Under the pieces are notes generated by a model, which saw only the letters and a program-made list of their open reading frames with translations, ran no database searches and was not told the DNA's origin. The translations under genes were made by a program, and so were the position numbers. From IMG/VR virus record IMGVR_UViG_3300031669_000001, positions 248,001 through 312,000 of that record: a stretch of 64,000 nucleotides of DNA, one strand, 5' to 3'. Shown here in pieces: positions 1 through 10,454 of this stretch. The first letter of the stretch is position 1; each line of letters starts with the position of its first letter.

Positions 1-472
1 ATGCTTCTGCTGGTTTGCGACCAAGCAGGCGGCTGAAGAAGCCTTTGCTTTCAGTTGCAGGAGCATCATCTTCAGGCAGGTAGCCGAAGAGTTGAAGTGC
101 TTGACGAAGAGCTGGAGCATACTGAGTGCCACCATCCCATGGACCGCAACCGACGACGTTCTTGGCGATGAAGTTTGTGTAGTTCTTTTCAGTGACGGAA
201 CCGACGTGTTCGCTGCTATTTGCAAATGCGATAGTGTCCAGTTTCTTGTCAGGATCAAACAGCATACCCCATGGAGTCAGACGCTCCAGAAGTAGCTCAG
301 TGATCGCAGGTTCACTACGGTGAGACTGGTGTGCGTCGACAAATGATCCACTCACATCAAGGATAAAGCACAGCTCCATGACTGGTGGTGTAGTGATGCC
401 GGCTTTGGCCAGGCAGAGAGTGAGAGACTTCTTAGTCTCGTTCAGTTTTTCGAGGTTGAGTTGTAGTGCCAT
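1..472 (-). CDS. vWA-domain protein (TerF-associated vWA type), runs off the window start
   Basis: Not in the ORF track. Manual translation from ATG at 472: MALQLNLEKLNETKKSLTLCLAKAGITTPPVMELCFILDVSGSF...LFDPDKKLDTIAF...GGTQYAPAL. MIDAS DxSxS motif, open to base 1, within the Ter cluster. Confidence 0.8.
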   Translation of the reverse strand, partial: MALQLNLEKLNETKKSLTLCLAKAGITTPPVMELCFILDVSGSFVDAHQSHRSEPAITELLLERLTPWGMLFDPDKKLDTIAFANSSEHVGSVTEKNYTNFIAKNVVGCGPWDGGTQYAPALRQALQLFGYLPEDDAPATESKGFFSRLLGRKPAEA

Positions 473-474
473 GA

Positions 475-1473
475 TTAAATTGCTCCTTTTGATGTTGCAC
501 GAATTTCTTCAAGCTTGTTTTTGGCGAGGATCCTGTTAGACTCATCATTTAGATAATTCAGAGTCGTTACGGAGATCCAACTGGGTATGGTAGTCAAGAC
601 GGTATCAATCAACAATGCATTGATATTCTTCATAGACTGAACTACCGTTGAAGACATTAACTTCATCTCCAACAAATTGTTCCAGCTCTTAGTTAGGGAC
701 ACTAACCTCATATCGATCATGTCACGTTCATCCTGAGGACGAATCCTCGAGAGAATGTTGTTTGCCAAGATCAAAATTCTAACGTTGTTCTCAGTTTCAA
801 GAATTTTGTTAACGAGATCAGACATCTCTTTTGTGGCTGGTTCTAATTGCGTACTTACCGTTCTTAAAATTGTTACACACTTCTCCAACTGGTTTACATT
901 ATCTTCAAACTTCGTATCGCTATGCATGAAGTTGAAGATGCCCTTTGATTCAAACCACTCATACAACCGGTCAATCAGTTCATTGACGCGGTTTAACATA
1001 GATCTTGCATCGACGAAAGCTCTTGTTTTAGAAAGCTCCATGAATTGCGAAGCTAACCGTGCGGCCTCTTTTTGCTCATCGATACCAAAATCACTCCAAT
1101 CCCTGGATGCACCTTTTGCTGGAAGATTTCTTACTAACAACTCTCTCGCAGCGTTTAGATCTTTATCATCAGAAGTTGGATCTGCAAGCTTCAACTCTGC
1201 TAATGTTGGAATATCAACTACTACACGTTCACCTTTTAAAGCATTGGCTGGAGCAAAAGAAGTTGGAGCTGCTTGCTTTCTTTCTACCGGCGCGACAGGA
1301 TCCTTTTTCGGCGCAGTTTTTGGCAACGCGTTGGGTTTGAAAGATGGTCCCGTCGAAGAACCTACAATCGTAGGACTACTAGATCCAGTATAACCTATAG
1401 AGGTAGGACCAATCTGTGGTCCTACCGGTGCAGATTTTACCGCTCCAGCCAATGATGTAGGTTTGAAATCCAC
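475..1473 (-). CDS. TelA/KlaA-like toxic-anion-resistance coiled-coil protein
   Basis: Low-complexity Pro/Ser N-terminus, then a helical domain (DFGIDEQKEAARLASQF...) resembling TelA; Ter-cluster context. Confidence 0.5.
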   Translation of the reverse strand: MDFKPTSLAGAVKSAPVGPQIGPTSIGYTGSSSPTIVGSSTGPSFKPNALPKTAPKKDPVAPVERKQAAPTSFAPANALKGERVVVDIPTLAELKLADPTSDDKDLNAARELLVRNLPAKGASRDWSDFGIDEQKEAARLASQFMELSKTRAFVDARSMLNRVNELIDRLYEWFESKGIFNFMHSDTKFEDNVNQLEKCVTILRTVSTQLEPATKEMSDLVNKILETENNVRILILANNILSRIRPQDERDMIDMRLVSLTKSWNNLLEMKLMSSTVVQSMKNINALLIDTVLTTIPSWISVTTLNYLNDESNRILAKNKLEEIRATSKGAI

Positions 1474-1475
1474 GT

Positions 1476-2117
1476 TTAGGAGAAGTGACCAAGTACTTCG
1501 TTGAAGTCTTGGTCGAAGCCGACCGCCATTGGGTAGAACGAGATGGTGTTTGTTGGATCGATGATGATGGATCCCATTTGCACACCGACAAACTCGCCGA
1601 ATTGAGCAGACAGATTAGCGTCAAACACTGACTTGCCGTCGCCATCCTCGATGATAACGCGAGGGTTGGTAACATGCTTGAACTTGCTGGTACCACTTTG
1701 TGGGTGGATCATCGCGATCAGCGGGATTTCGATGGCGCTGTTGGCCTTTGGAGTCAGCTTTGATGGATCGATCAGGACGAATTCGTCATCTTCACCGTCA
1801 TCATCACCACCTTCGAGAGCATCCGCGCTGTGGATCAGAGCGCCGCCGTGAATTTGGAATGTGCCATCAGCTGCTTTGTCCAAGGTACCGACGATGTCGC
1901 CTTTGATCTTTCGCTTGACATTGTACGTGGAAAGGATGTCATCGAAGCTTTCAACTGTAGCGGCGGTGCCGTCATTTGTGCACAGGAATGCATGGAGATC
2001 CAGGTCGGTGTTACCGCCCCAGGACAAGCGCACCTTGAAACGTTCAGTCTTTTTCAGGTTCAGAGACAGTTTAGCTGGTTTGTCGCCGGCTTTGGTGAGG
2101 TTCATTGTTAGTGCCAT
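1476..2117 (-). CDS. terD: TerD-family stress protein
   Basis: LSWGGNTDLDLHAF, HSADALEGGDDDGEDDE and terminal GFDQDFNEVLGHF match TerD/TerA-family motifs. Confidence 0.8.
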   Translation of the reverse strand: MALTMNLTKAGDKPAKLSLNLKKTERFKVRLSWGGNTDLDLHAFLCTNDGTAATVESFDDILSTYNVKRKIKGDIVGTLDKAADGTFQIHGGALIHSADALEGGDDDGEDDEFVLIDPSKLTPKANSAIEIPLIAMIHPQSGTSKFKHVTNPRVIIEDGDGKSVFDANLSAQFGEFVGVQMGSIIIDPTNTISFYPMAVGFDQDFNEVLGHFS

Positions 2118-2134
2118 TTTCTGTACTTCCCTTC

Positions 2135-3340
2135 TTAGTTTAATTTAACGGTGCTAGTGCGGGCACCAAGAGCCGCGATGTTTTGGCGAGCTTCGCCGAA
2201 CACCTTTCTTGCTTCTTCGAACGATGCCTTGTTTGTAGCCTTGGCATCATCGACGATCTTCATCAGCTCAGTAGTATCAGCGACGATCTGCTTGATCTGT
2301 TCTGCCTGCATCATGCGATTTTTGCCTGGTGCGGTAGCAGAGTCGGTGACTACTTGCTGCATGAGCTTGCTACGAACTGCAAGCAAATTGTTATCCAAGT
2401 CGGCAGACTGTTGAGACAGTTGCTGTACGGAGCGGATCGCCAGAGTGCTGTTCAGAGTGATCAAAGTCATCTTGATGCTGGCAAAGCGTGTGGCGGCTGT
2501 CGTGGTCGTTTCTTGCAGGGTGATGATACCTGCATTTTGCAGTTGACTAACAACCAACGCATCGGCTGGAAGTCGAGTCAAGACACCTTCCATGGCCAGC
2601 ACTCGGCTTTCCATAGCTTGTAGCTTTTCTTCCCACTCGCGCTTGTCAGAAACGTTCCACGTGCTTGTATCAACAGCTTGGGCTTTTGCAAGTGCAAGCT
2701 GTCCTTGATAGGTGGCGCCGACGAACTGTTTGTAGTTTGTGAAATATGTTTCGCGAAGCTTGCCCATTATGATCAGTTCATTTTCGAGGTTGGCCTGTTC
2801 AGTTTTGAGTTCAGCTTCCATCTTCGTGATGACGTTCGTCAAGGTGCCGCTCTTGCCAGAGATGAGAACGCGGGTGCTTTCCAGGAAATCATTCTTGAGC
2901 TTGGCGAGCTTCTTCTTTGACAAGAAACCAATGAGGCGATCCATGAACGGAAGCTTGTCATCGAGAACTTTTGCAGCTAGTCCTGGAAGATCTTCCTTGG
3001 ACACCTGCTCGTTGAAGGTGCTAACGAGGTTGAACAGGCGCGGCGCATCCGCGTGATTGATTCGATCCAGGAAACCATTGAGCGCGTTGTTCAAGCCTTG
3101 GTCGACGTCAGAGTGAAAGAGGGCGATGTCACGCATGCTCAACAATTTGATGTCGGGCACTTGCGTTTCAATCGTTGCACGATCTTCTGGGCTCAGCAAC
3201 TGAGCAACAGATATTTGACTCGCAGATACCGCCACCGCCTGGGTTCCAGTCTGAACGGCTGGAACCGGTGCAACTGATGCTGGCGCGAAGAAATCTGTCT
3301 TGACCACTGTGGGCGTGATTGTTTGTGTTTGGTCGTCCAT
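2135..3340 (-). CDS. telA: TelA-family toxic anion resistance protein (start reassigned to MDDQTQ at 3340)
   Basis: Long coiled coil with conserved TTTAATRFASIKMTL; start follows directly on the upstream stop at 3342. Confidence 0.7.
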   Translation of the reverse strand: MDDQTQTITPTVVKTDFFAPASVAPVPAVQTGTQAVAVSASQISVAQLLSPEDRATIETQVPDIKLLSMRDIALFHSDVDQGLNNALNGFLDRINHADAPRLFNLVSTFNEQVSKEDLPGLAAKVLDDKLPFMDRLIGFLSKKKLAKLKNDFLESTRVLISGKSGTLTNVITKMEAELKTEQANLENELIIMGKLRETYFTNYKQFVGATYQGQLALAKAQAVDTSTWNVSDKREWEEKLQAMESRVLAMEGVLTRLPADALVVSQLQNAGIITLQETTTTAATRFASIKMTLITLNSTLAIRSVQQLSQQSADLDNNLLAVRSKLMQQVVTDSATAPGKNRMMQAEQIKQIVADTTELMKIVDDAKATNKASFEEARKVFGEARQNIAALGARTSTVKLN

Positions 3341-3341
3341 G

Positions 3342-4355
3342 TTATTTCCCTTCAAGTACGATTGCGTTACGGTTTGAGATGATTGAGCTGATGAGAGCCA
3401 GAATGATGAAGCCTGCACCAATCAAACCTGTAACCAGCTCGGGAATTTCATACATCGTTCCTACAAACATGATGATCGCGAGGGTGCCGATGGCGTAGAA
3501 AGCGCCGTGTTCCAAGTATTTGAACTCACTCAGCGTGCCTTTGTCGACGAGCATCAGCGTCAACGATCGAACGAACATAGCACCGATGCCGAGGCCGAGA
3601 GCGATGATGAAGATGTTGTTGGTGATAGCAAAGGAGCCGATGACACCGTCAAATGAGAAGCTTGCATCCAAGACTTCCAAGTAGATGAACGCTCCAAGAC
3701 CAGCTTTAGCGAGTCCTACGACCGCGTCATCTGCTTCCAGGAATTCACCGAGCCATTCGACCAGAACGAAACCAGCTACACCCATCATACCAGCAGCTAA
3801 GAAGCCATTGACTTCCGCGACAGGTAGAAACTTGGAGACGATGAAGACTGTAACCAACGTGACCGCGATCTCGGTGGCTTCCAGGCGAGGCATCCAACTT
3901 TCAACGAAGCTAATCCAGTGAACATCTTTTTCAGAGTCAAAGAAGAACTTCAACGCAACCATCATCAGGAACGCGCCGCCGAAGCCAGCTATCAGAACGT
4001 GAGCGCCGGTAAGAGTTGAAGCATACAGTGCAGGATGATAAATTGCCATGTCCAGAGCGGCCAGTGGGCTAACAGAAGAAACTACAGATACGATCAGAAG
4101 AGGGAAGATAACGCGCATACCAAAGACGGCGATAACCATACCCCATGTAATGAAACGTTTGCGCCAGATGGGATCCATCGTGTTGAGTTGCTTGGCGTTG
4201 ACGACGGCATTGTCGAAGGAGAGAGAAACTTCCAGGATACCCAGAATGCCGACGATAATGGCAGCTTGGATGCCTCCGAGGAAGAGCGCAGCTGTGGCGA
4301 GAGCCACCACCGTAAAGGCCATAGAGCCTTTGAAGTAGTTCAGAAAGTTATTCAC
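3342..4355 (-). CDS. TerC-like integral membrane protein (DUF475 type)
   Basis: LEVSLSFDNAVVNA, YLEVLDASFSFDGVIGSFA and YLEHGAFYAIG motifs; multiple TM segments; GTG start. Confidence 0.85.
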   Translation of the reverse strand: MNNFLNYFKGSMAFTVVALATAALFLGGIQAAIIVGILGILEVSLSFDNAVVNAKQLNTMDPIWRKRFITWGMVIAVFGMRVIFPLLIVSVVSSVSPLAALDMAIYHPALYASTLTGAHVLIAGFGGAFLMMVALKFFFDSEKDVHWISFVESWMPRLEATEIAVTLVTVFIVSKFLPVAEVNGFLAAGMMGVAGFVLVEWLGEFLEADDAVVGLAKAGLGAFIYLEVLDASFSFDGVIGSFAITNNIFIIALGLGIGAMFVRSLTLMLVDKGTLSEFKYLEHGAFYAIGTLAIIMFVGTMYEIPELVTGLIGAGFIILALISSIISNRNAIVLEGK

Positions 4356-4430
4356 AGATTTTCCTTTGTTGTTGACGCTACCCTTTAGAGAGGTGGGTAG
4401 TATATCCTCTTTGCTTTAACTGTAGAATGA

Positions 4431-4459
4431 ATTATAACTTAGACTACAGGGAAAGTAAA
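4431..4459 (-). promoter_or_regulatory. Early sigma70-like promoter for the Ter cluster
   Basis: TTTACT-N17-TATAAT on the minus strand. Confidence 0.8.
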
Positions 4460-4469
4460 CAACTTTGTG

Positions 4470-4477
4470 AATAAATA
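4470..4477 (+). promoter_or_regulatory. T4-like late promoter box
   Basis: AATAAATA 20 nt upstream of ATG 4497. Confidence 0.55.
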
Positions 4478-4496
4478 TGGAAGACTGGAGAACAAC

Positions 4497-4694
4497 ATGA
4501 AATTCAAAAACTTTGTAACAGAATCAAATGACGGCGTGGACGTAGTGAAGGTAACGGTACCTCTTTTGATCCGTTTACTTGAGTGGGCGCGTGAAGAAGC
4601 TAAGAACGACATCCAAATTCACGAACTTACTGAAAAGATCGTGAAGAAGAACGGCGTTCTTAACTCAGATGATTATGACTCTTTGATGTCTTGA
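4497..4694 (+). CDS. Small hypothetical protein, candidate internal head protein (MKFKNFVTES)
   Basis: GGAG RBS before ATG 4497; late box upstream; N-terminus resembles the T4 internal-protein capsid-targeting sequence. Confidence 0.6.
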   Translation: MKFKNFVTESNDGVDVVKVTVPLLIRLLEWAREEAKNDIQIHELTEKIVKKNGVLNSDDYDSLMS

Positions 4695-5191
4695 GAACCG
4701 ATACGAAGATTGTTAGCAGCTCTACCAGTCCAACCAGCCCCAAATGTAGACCAAACTGAGAGGTGACGCCAAAAGTCTAGACGCTCAGCTGTAAGAAGCA
4801 TGATTACTTGAGCTGGTTTAAAGCTCTTGATAGTTGCAACCGTAACAGGACCCACATTACCGTCGGGTGCAACACCAACAGCAGTTTGAAGATGTCTTAA
4901 AGCGGTTTGAATTCCGCTATTAACAGCAAAGTCAAAAACTTGGAATGAGATAGCTGGATCATATTGATCCATCTTACCTGCATCCCAGAAGAAAGCTTTG
5001 TAAATGACGCTCGCTTGATCACGAGTCATGTCGGCGATCGTTGTATCTGTTGGTAAAAGATTAGCACCGATAGCTTGGTGTAGAACTGGCCATGTGATAC
5101 CCCAGTTTGTTTCTCCACCAGGATCTGCTGGATTGTTTACGTAACCGCCTTCGTTGCCTATGATTCTATTGAATGCTGTTGGGTAGTCCAT
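4673..5191 (-). CDS. Endolysin, glycoside hydrolase family 108 with peptidoglycan-binding domain
   Basis: EGGYVNNPADPGGETNWGIT catalytic signature; FDFAVNSG; start reassigned to MDYPTAF at 5191. Confidence 0.9.
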   Translation of the reverse strand: MDYPTAFNRIIGNEGGYVNNPADPGGETNWGITWPVLHQAIGANLLPTDTTIADMTRDQASVIYKAFFWDAGKMDQYDPAISFQVFDFAVNSGIQTALRHLQTAVGVAPDGNVGPVTVATIKSFKPAQVIMLLTAERLDFWRHLSVWSTFGAGWTGRAANNLRIGSQDIKES

Positions 5192-5263
5192 TATTTTCCT
5201 TTGTGTTAAAAATTCTTTCCACGATTGCATCTATGGAATAGTCAAACGTTGTGATCTCTACAT

Positions 5264-5634
5264 CTACGTTAGATGGACGCTCGAACATTTTGTTAGTGTC
5301 ATCAAATCTTCCAGCGTTGTAAGGGATCCGACTTGAATAGGGCTAAACTGGGAAACAGTCGAATTTATACCTAGTTGCCCATCAACATTCAATCCCCAAC
5401 TCCAAAGAGTTCCATCAGTTTTTAATGCTAATGAATTTGTATAAGCAGCAATTGCTGACCAAGTGATTCCTGATCCTACTTGAGTAGGACTGCTTATATG
5501 AGGCCAGCCAACAGGACCAAGATTTAATCCTAGGTCACCATCTAAGTTATACTCCAAGACCATAGACCACCTACAACAGGACCTAGGCTAGGTTTTACTG
5601 CACTTCCAATCCCTATAAAAAATGAACTAAACAT
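5264..5634 (-). pseudogene. Frameshifted, truncated RCC1/BLIP-II-repeat protein
   Basis: ATG 5634 overlaps the upstream TAA and reads [27 protein letters not shown]. The RCC1 consensus continues (YNLDGDLGLN...DGTLWSWGLNVDGQLG) only after a frameshift at about 5552-5556. Only about 2 repeats remain. Confidence 0.7.
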
Positions 5635-8360
5635 TATGCCACTCCATGTTTGCTTAATCCAAACCATACATGTGTAGAATCTACAACATAGAATGTAAGT
5701 AAGTTAACTGCACTGGCAGTGGTAGACACCGTAGGTATTGTTCCATCATTAGAAATCCAATTGGTGTCAAAGGTTAAGGTCGAAGGTGTTGCATTTTGTG
5801 TGATAGCAATTTGTCCACTTGTCCCAGCTACTGCATTTGTTGGGTTGCTCAATACCTGTGAAGTTGTAGCTTGCAGAGCCAATGAGAAGTTATTCGTTAA
5901 ACTTAAATTCACGGCAACCGCATTTGCTGCAACTGAAAGAGCTGTCACGGCAAACGATTGTGTAGCGGTGAAAGTTTCCACATTTGCGAGATATGCCACA
6001 CCAGCAGGTACTACACCTGTTGGACCTGTTGGGCCTTCAAGACCTGTAGGACCTGTAGGACCTTCTATACCAGCCGGACCTGTAGCTCCATCTGCACCAG
6101 TTGGACCAGTGAGTGAAGGACCGGTAGGACCGTCTAAACCTGTAGGACCGGTAGGACCGTCTAAACCTGTAGGACCGGTAGGACCGTCTAAACCTGTAGG
6201 ACCGGTAGGACCGTCTAAACCTGTAGGACCGGTAGGACCGTCTAAACCAGTAGGACCACCAGCTGGGCCTGTAGCTCCAGTAGGACCAGTTACGAATGAG
6301 TCGGCACCTGTAGGACCTGTAGCACCTTCAAGACCTGTAGGACCAGTTACGAATGAATCTGCACCCGTAGCACCAGTTGGACCAGTGAGTGAAGGACCGG
6401 TAGGACCGTCTAAACCTGTAGGACCGGTAGGACCGTCTAAACCTGTAGGACCACCAGCTGGGCCTGTAGCTCCAGTAGGACCAGTTACGAATGAGTCGGC
6501 ACCTGTAGGACCTGTAGCACCTTCAAGACCTGTAGGACCAGTTACGAATGAATCTGCACCCGTAGCACCAATAGGACCTGTAGGACCTGTAGCACCTTCA
6601 AGACCAGTAGGACCAGTTACGAATGAGTCGGCACCTGTAGGACCTGTAGCACCTTCAAGACCTGTAGGACCAGTTACGAATGAATCTGCACCCGTAGCAC
6701 CAATAGGACCTGTAGGACCTGTAGCACCTTCAAGACCTGTAGGACCAGTTACAAATGAGTCGGCACCAGTTGCACCAGTTGCACCTATAGCTCCAGTAGG
6801 ACCAGTTACGAATGAGTCTGCACCTGTAGGACCTGTTGGACCGTCTAAACCTGTAGGACCTGTAGCACCTTCAAGACCTGTTGGGCCTGTAGGACCACCA
6901 GCTGGACCTGTTGGGCCTTCAAGACCTGTAGGACCTGTAGGGCCACCAAACGCACCTGTAGGACCAACTTCGCCCGTAGGACCCGTAGCACCTTCTAGAC
7001 CAGTAGCTCCAGTAGCTCCAGTAGCGCCAGTGTTACCTAAATTACCTTGAGGACCTGTAGGGCCGGTTACGAATGAGTCTGCACCAGTAGGACCGGTAGG
7101 ACCGCCGAATGGACCTTGAGGACCTGTAGGACCTATCGCGCCAGTAGCGCTGTTAGCACGGATAGTTCCATAAGAAGATGCGCTCCAACCTGTAAAGACA
7201 GATTCTGTGTTCAGATAGATTGTAGTTGGAACAGCCAGAACATATCTCTTTGTTGTCAGAGGAACTTCATAGATTGTAGTGAACGTTGTATTAGTAAAGT
7301 CTTGTGCGTTAGTTTGAAAGTTAAATCCATTGCCTGTACCAATCACCGCGCTTGTAGAATTTGAAGCTCCAGAGAGCGTAGTTACAGATGCACCAGCTGA
7401 AATTGGAGATTCATTTGCAGTACCTGTACCTGTACCGGGACCTGTAGCAACGAAAGTTGTTCCAGATAAACTATCTGTTGCGCCTATCAAAGTAAAATCT
7501 GTATTGCCTGGACTTGCAATTGTGTAAGAATATCCAGTTACAAAAGAACCAGCTGTTACTATTGGAGCAACAAATTGGTAACCTACGAAACCTGAAATAT
7601 CCCACGAACCCGCTGATAGTGAGATGCTTGTAATGTTCGCAGTTAAACCTGATGTCAATGTAACAGGAACAGATATGACAGATTCTACGTAGATACCATC
7701 ACCTGTTGCGCCTGTAGGACCAGTAATTGACAATCCATCTGCACCAGTAGGACCTGTAGGTCCTTCGAGACCCGTAGGACCTGTTACAAAAGAGTCAGCA
7801 CCAGTAGGACCAGTAATAGCTAGACCATCAGGACCTGTAGGACCTGTTACAAAAGAGTCAGCACCAGTAGGACCAGTAGGACCACCAAATGCACCTGTAG
7901 GACCAACATCTCCTGTAGGACCTGTAATCGAAGGACCAGTAGGACCAGTAACTGAAGGACCTGTAGGACCACCAGGTCCTACAAAACCAGATTTGATAGA
8001 ACCATCAAGCTGCATAACTGAGAAGCCGTCTGTGTCAATGTAAGCTAGAGTTTCACTAGATTGAAGAGTTATCTTGCAAAGAACGTATGTGATAGCGTTA
8101 TCGTTGACTTGTAAAGTCACTACGATCGGTGCCGTATCCGCGTTGTAGATAGTGAGAGCTTTTAACTGTCTTTGAGTAGCTGCTGCAGGTGCAGTTACCA
8201 TTGGTTGAGCTATTGTAGAGCCGATGTTTCCATCAGAGCTCAGTGGAGTAAATGTTGTGCTTGTGATGTCAACGTAGCTAGCTGTCCAAGGTATGGAAGC
8301 TCCTGGAAGAGATCCTAAGAAGATCTCAAGAGATTTAGTAGTTGTATCAAAAATGATCAT
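5634..8360 (-). CDS. Collagen-like (Gly-Pro-Thr) tail/whisker fibre protein, 908 aa
   Basis: Two long G-X-Y tracts (GPT, GAT, GLE) separated by globular domains; C-terminal fibre-tip-like domain. Confidence 0.85.
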   Translation of the reverse strand: MIIFDTTTKSLEIFLGSLPGASIPWTASYVDITSTTFTPLSSDGNIGSTIAQPMVTAPAAATQRQLKALTIYNADTAPIVVTLQVNDNAITYVLCKITLQSSETLAYIDTDGFSVMQLDGSIKSGFVGPGGPTGPSVTGPTGPSITGPTGDVGPTGAFGGPTGPTGADSFVTGPTGPDGLAITGPTGADSFVTGPTGLEGPTGPTGADGLSITGPTGATGDGIYVESVISVPVTLTSGLTANITSISLSAGSWDISGFVGYQFVAPIVTAGSFVTGYSYTIASPGNTDFTLIGATDSLSGTTFVATGPGTGTGTANESPISAGASVTTLSGASNSTSAVIGTGNGFNFQTNAQDFTNTTFTTIYEVPLTTKRYVLAVPTTIYLNTESVFTGWSASSYGTIRANSATGAIGPTGPQGPFGGPTGPTGADSFVTGPTGPQGNLGNTGATGATGATGLEGATGPTGEVGPTGAFGGPTGPTGLEGPTGPAGGPTGPTGLEGATGPTGLDGPTGPTGADSFVTGPTGAIGATGATGADSFVTGPTGLEGATGPTGPIGATGADSFVTGPTGLEGATGPTGADSFVTGPTGLEGATGPTGPIGATGADSFVTGPTGLEGATGPTGADSFVTGPTGATGPAGGPTGLDGPTGPTGLDGPTGPSLTGPTGATGADSFVTGPTGLEGATGPTGADSFVTGPTGATGPAGGPTGLDGPTGPTGLDGPTGPTGLDGPTGPTGLDGPTGPTGLDGPTGPSLTGPTGADGATGPAGIEGPTGPTGLEGPTGPTGVVPAGVAYLANVETFTATQSFAVTALSVAANAVAVNLSLTNNFSLALQATTSQVLSNPTNAVAGTSGQIAITQNATPSTLTFDTNWISNDGTIPTVSTTASAVNLLTFYVVDSTHVWFGLSKHGVA
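6118..6252. repeat. 27-bp tandem repeat x5 inside the collagen gene
   Basis: ggaccggtaggaccgtctaaacctgta units (encode TGLDGPTGP). Confidence 0.9.
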
Positions 8361-8361
8361 A

Positions 8362-9729
8362 TTAGACTCTCAGTGAAATAAGTGTTAGTACTTGTTGTTG
8401 ATTTGCAGATGACGGTCCTGTAGGTCCTGTTATTGATGGTCCTGCAGGACCTGTAGAACCTGCTGGACCAGTTGGTCCTTCTACATTCGAAGCTGCTCCA
8501 GTAGGTCCCGTTATCGATGGTCCTGTAGCGCCTGTAGGTCCAACTGAACCAACAGGACCGGCGCTTCCAGGTAATCCAGCAACACCTTGAGGACCTGTTG
8601 CGCCTTTTACACCGGCGGGTCCGATAGCGCCAGGCGCACCAACAGGTCCTGTAGGTCCCGCTACACCAGCTCCTGTAGGTCCTGTAATTGATATGCCAGC
8701 GGGACCTGTTGCACCAACCTGTCCAATGGCACCAGCGGGACCTGTAGGACCGTCAACGCTTCTACCGACAGAGTAAGATGCATTCGTTGTCAGTAATACA
8801 GTCTGAGCGCTTAAAATTATAGCAACTTGCTGAGATATTAAGTTAGACGCTAAAGGTGCAGTTTGTGTTAACTCGCCTATAGATCTTGGAGAAGTATCTG
8901 CGTATAAAACTTTACCTTGAGTTAAATCCCAATTCCAATTAGAATTGTAAACTACGCCACCTGTTATTATCTTTGCTGCCTGACCATACGTTAAATTTAC
9001 ATCTACGATACCGATGATAGGGTGTATTAAATCTGCGCCATCTGCTACGCTGATAGTACCTTCACTTTTAACTGAAACACAGTAGAAAGCTGGTATAGAT
9101 TCAGCGGCTATAGACTGAATTTCTAGATCAACAGGAACAGAGTAATTACCTTGATCAACAGCAACAGGTGACGCTGTCGTTAGGAAGTTTCCATTGATCG
9201 TTTTGATTCCCGATCCATCGCTGCCTCGTAGGATGTAACCAGCTGCAACATCATTAGTTGTATCTGGTCCAAGTCCAACTTGAGTTCCCAAAGGTTCAAA
9301 TGTAAAGCTCGATCCACCATTGAAGGAACCTGCAAAGACTCTACACTTTTCTACCCACTGACTTCCACTCCACACCTTCATAATGAATGTGTTTAGATCA
9401 TACCAATGTTGATCTACTGCCGGCGCTGTTGGAGTCACGCTCGATGTTATAGGATCATAAATCGTGTAACTTCTAGTGATGAGACCTGTCGCTAAGTCGA
9501 TATCCCAATAGAGATAGAATGGAGCAGAACCACTGAATGGACCCCAAGCATTTGCAACCGAAGAAACTTCATTGATCAGGTAATTTGCCTGACCGTACGT
9601 AACCGTTACGATGACAGGCGTCGTCGGCGTAGCTAAGATTTGAACGTACGTGCCATTATAGTCAAGGAAAGATGGACTTCCATTAACTATCGGTGCTGTA
9701 ACTATACCTTGCCTGAAATTTAATTTCAT
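8362..9729 (-). CDS. Virion protein with C-terminal collagen-like tract
   Basis: About 120 aa of G-X-Y repeats at the C-terminus; late box upstream; co-transcribed with 5634-8360. Confidence 0.75.
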   Translation of the reverse strand: MKLNFRQGIVTAPIVNGSPSFLDYNGTYVQILATPTTPVIVTVTYGQANYLINEVSSVANAWGPFSGSAPFYLYWDIDLATGLITRSYTIYDPITSSVTPTAPAVDQHWYDLNTFIMKVWSGSQWVEKCRVFAGSFNGGSSFTFEPLGTQVGLGPDTTNDVAAGYILRGSDGSGIKTINGNFLTTASPVAVDQGNYSVPVDLEIQSIAAESIPAFYCVSVKSEGTISVADGADLIHPIIGIVDVNLTYGQAAKIITGGVVYNSNWNWDLTQGKVLYADTSPRSIGELTQTAPLASNLISQQVAIILSAQTVLLTTNASYSVGRSVDGPTGPAGAIGQVGATGPAGISITGPTGAGVAGPTGPVGAPGAIGPAGVKGATGPQGVAGLPGSAGPVGSVGPTGATGPSITGPTGAASNVEGPTGPAGSTGPAGPSITGPTGPSSANQQQVLTLISLRV

Positions 9730-9754
9730 GTTTATCCTAATTACTTGTTAGGAG

Positions 9755-9762
9755 TATTTATG
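9755..9762 (-). promoter_or_regulatory. Late promoter box
   Basis: CATAAATA upstream of 9729. Confidence 0.6.
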
Positions 9763-9799
9763 ATTTTCAACAAAATGGTTGCATTACTGGTCAGTAAGT

Positions 9800-10414
9800 T
9801 TACTTCAAAGCCAAGAATTGAGCGAGAGTAAGTCCAGGAGTAGTCGTCAAGCTTCTAGCAGCTGCAGCCCAAACGGCGTCAGGAACGGTGCTTAGATCGC
9901 CTGTAACAACATTTTGGTTCTGCACGACGGTGTTGATAACAGAGCTTACCTGCGCAGCATAAACAGGATTTAGATTTGCATCGTAGTATGCAGTCGTATA
10001 ATTGTCTGAGAACAACACCCCAGATATCGCAACCTTCGTTATATCTACAACCAACTTCCAACCATTTATGAGGAAGTAAACGTCGCCTGTAAATCCACCT
10101 GGGATAGGATCTAGACCATTGTACCGTATTGCATATAGATATTCAGTGTTAGGTGACAACGTTAACCATTTTACCCACGCAGAATAGACATCGGTTCTAA
10201 TGTTTAAGGCAGTAACGCCAGGGTTTACAGTGATGAGCTTATTGGGACCATCAAATGTGACCTTTTCGTATAGTTGCCAATCTGTCATTCTAGCTAAGAC
10301 AACTCCACCGTCAATTGAATTTATCGCGAATACAACCGATGGATCTATGGGACACGCATCGCCAACGATCACCGCGCTGTACAGATCTTTAGGGAAGTTG
10401 AAAATTTGCGTCAT
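9800..10414 (-). CDS. Putative virion structural protein
   Basis: 204-aa ORF in the fibre block, preceded by GATAAATA. Confidence 0.55.
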   Translation of the reverse strand: MTQIFNFPKDLYSAVIVGDACPIDPSVVFAINSIDGGVVLARMTDWQLYEKVTFDGPNKLITVNPGVTALNIRTDVYSAWVKWLTLSPNTEYLYAIRYNGLDPIPGGFTGDVYFLINGWKLVVDITKVAISGVLFSDNYTTAYYDANLNPVYAAQVSSVINTVVQNQNVVTGDLSTVPDAVWAAAARSLTTTPGLTLAQFLALK

Positions 10415-10445
10415 AAAATACCAGAATAGTTTACTACATTCTGTG

Positions 10446-10453
10446 TATTTATC
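10446..10453 (-). promoter_or_regulatory. Late promoter box
   Basis: GATAAATA upstream of 10414. Confidence 0.6.
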
Positions 10454-10454
10454 G

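Noticed and set aside
4356-4425. Possible yybP-ykoY (Mn2+) riboswitch upstream of the TerC-like gene (GGGTAGCGTC...ACAAAG, CTACCC/GGGTAG hairpin)
   Set aside because: The leader is only ~70 nt and I cannot build the two-arm four-way junction; the resemblance is limited to a few bases. An Rfam scan would settle it.
5719-7050. 443-aa plus-strand ORF of PVGPV repeats (also 47354-47626 and 50642-50962)
   Set aside because: Antisense shadow of the GPT collagen codons (ACA/GGA/CCT give no stops on the reverse strand); no RBS or independent signal.
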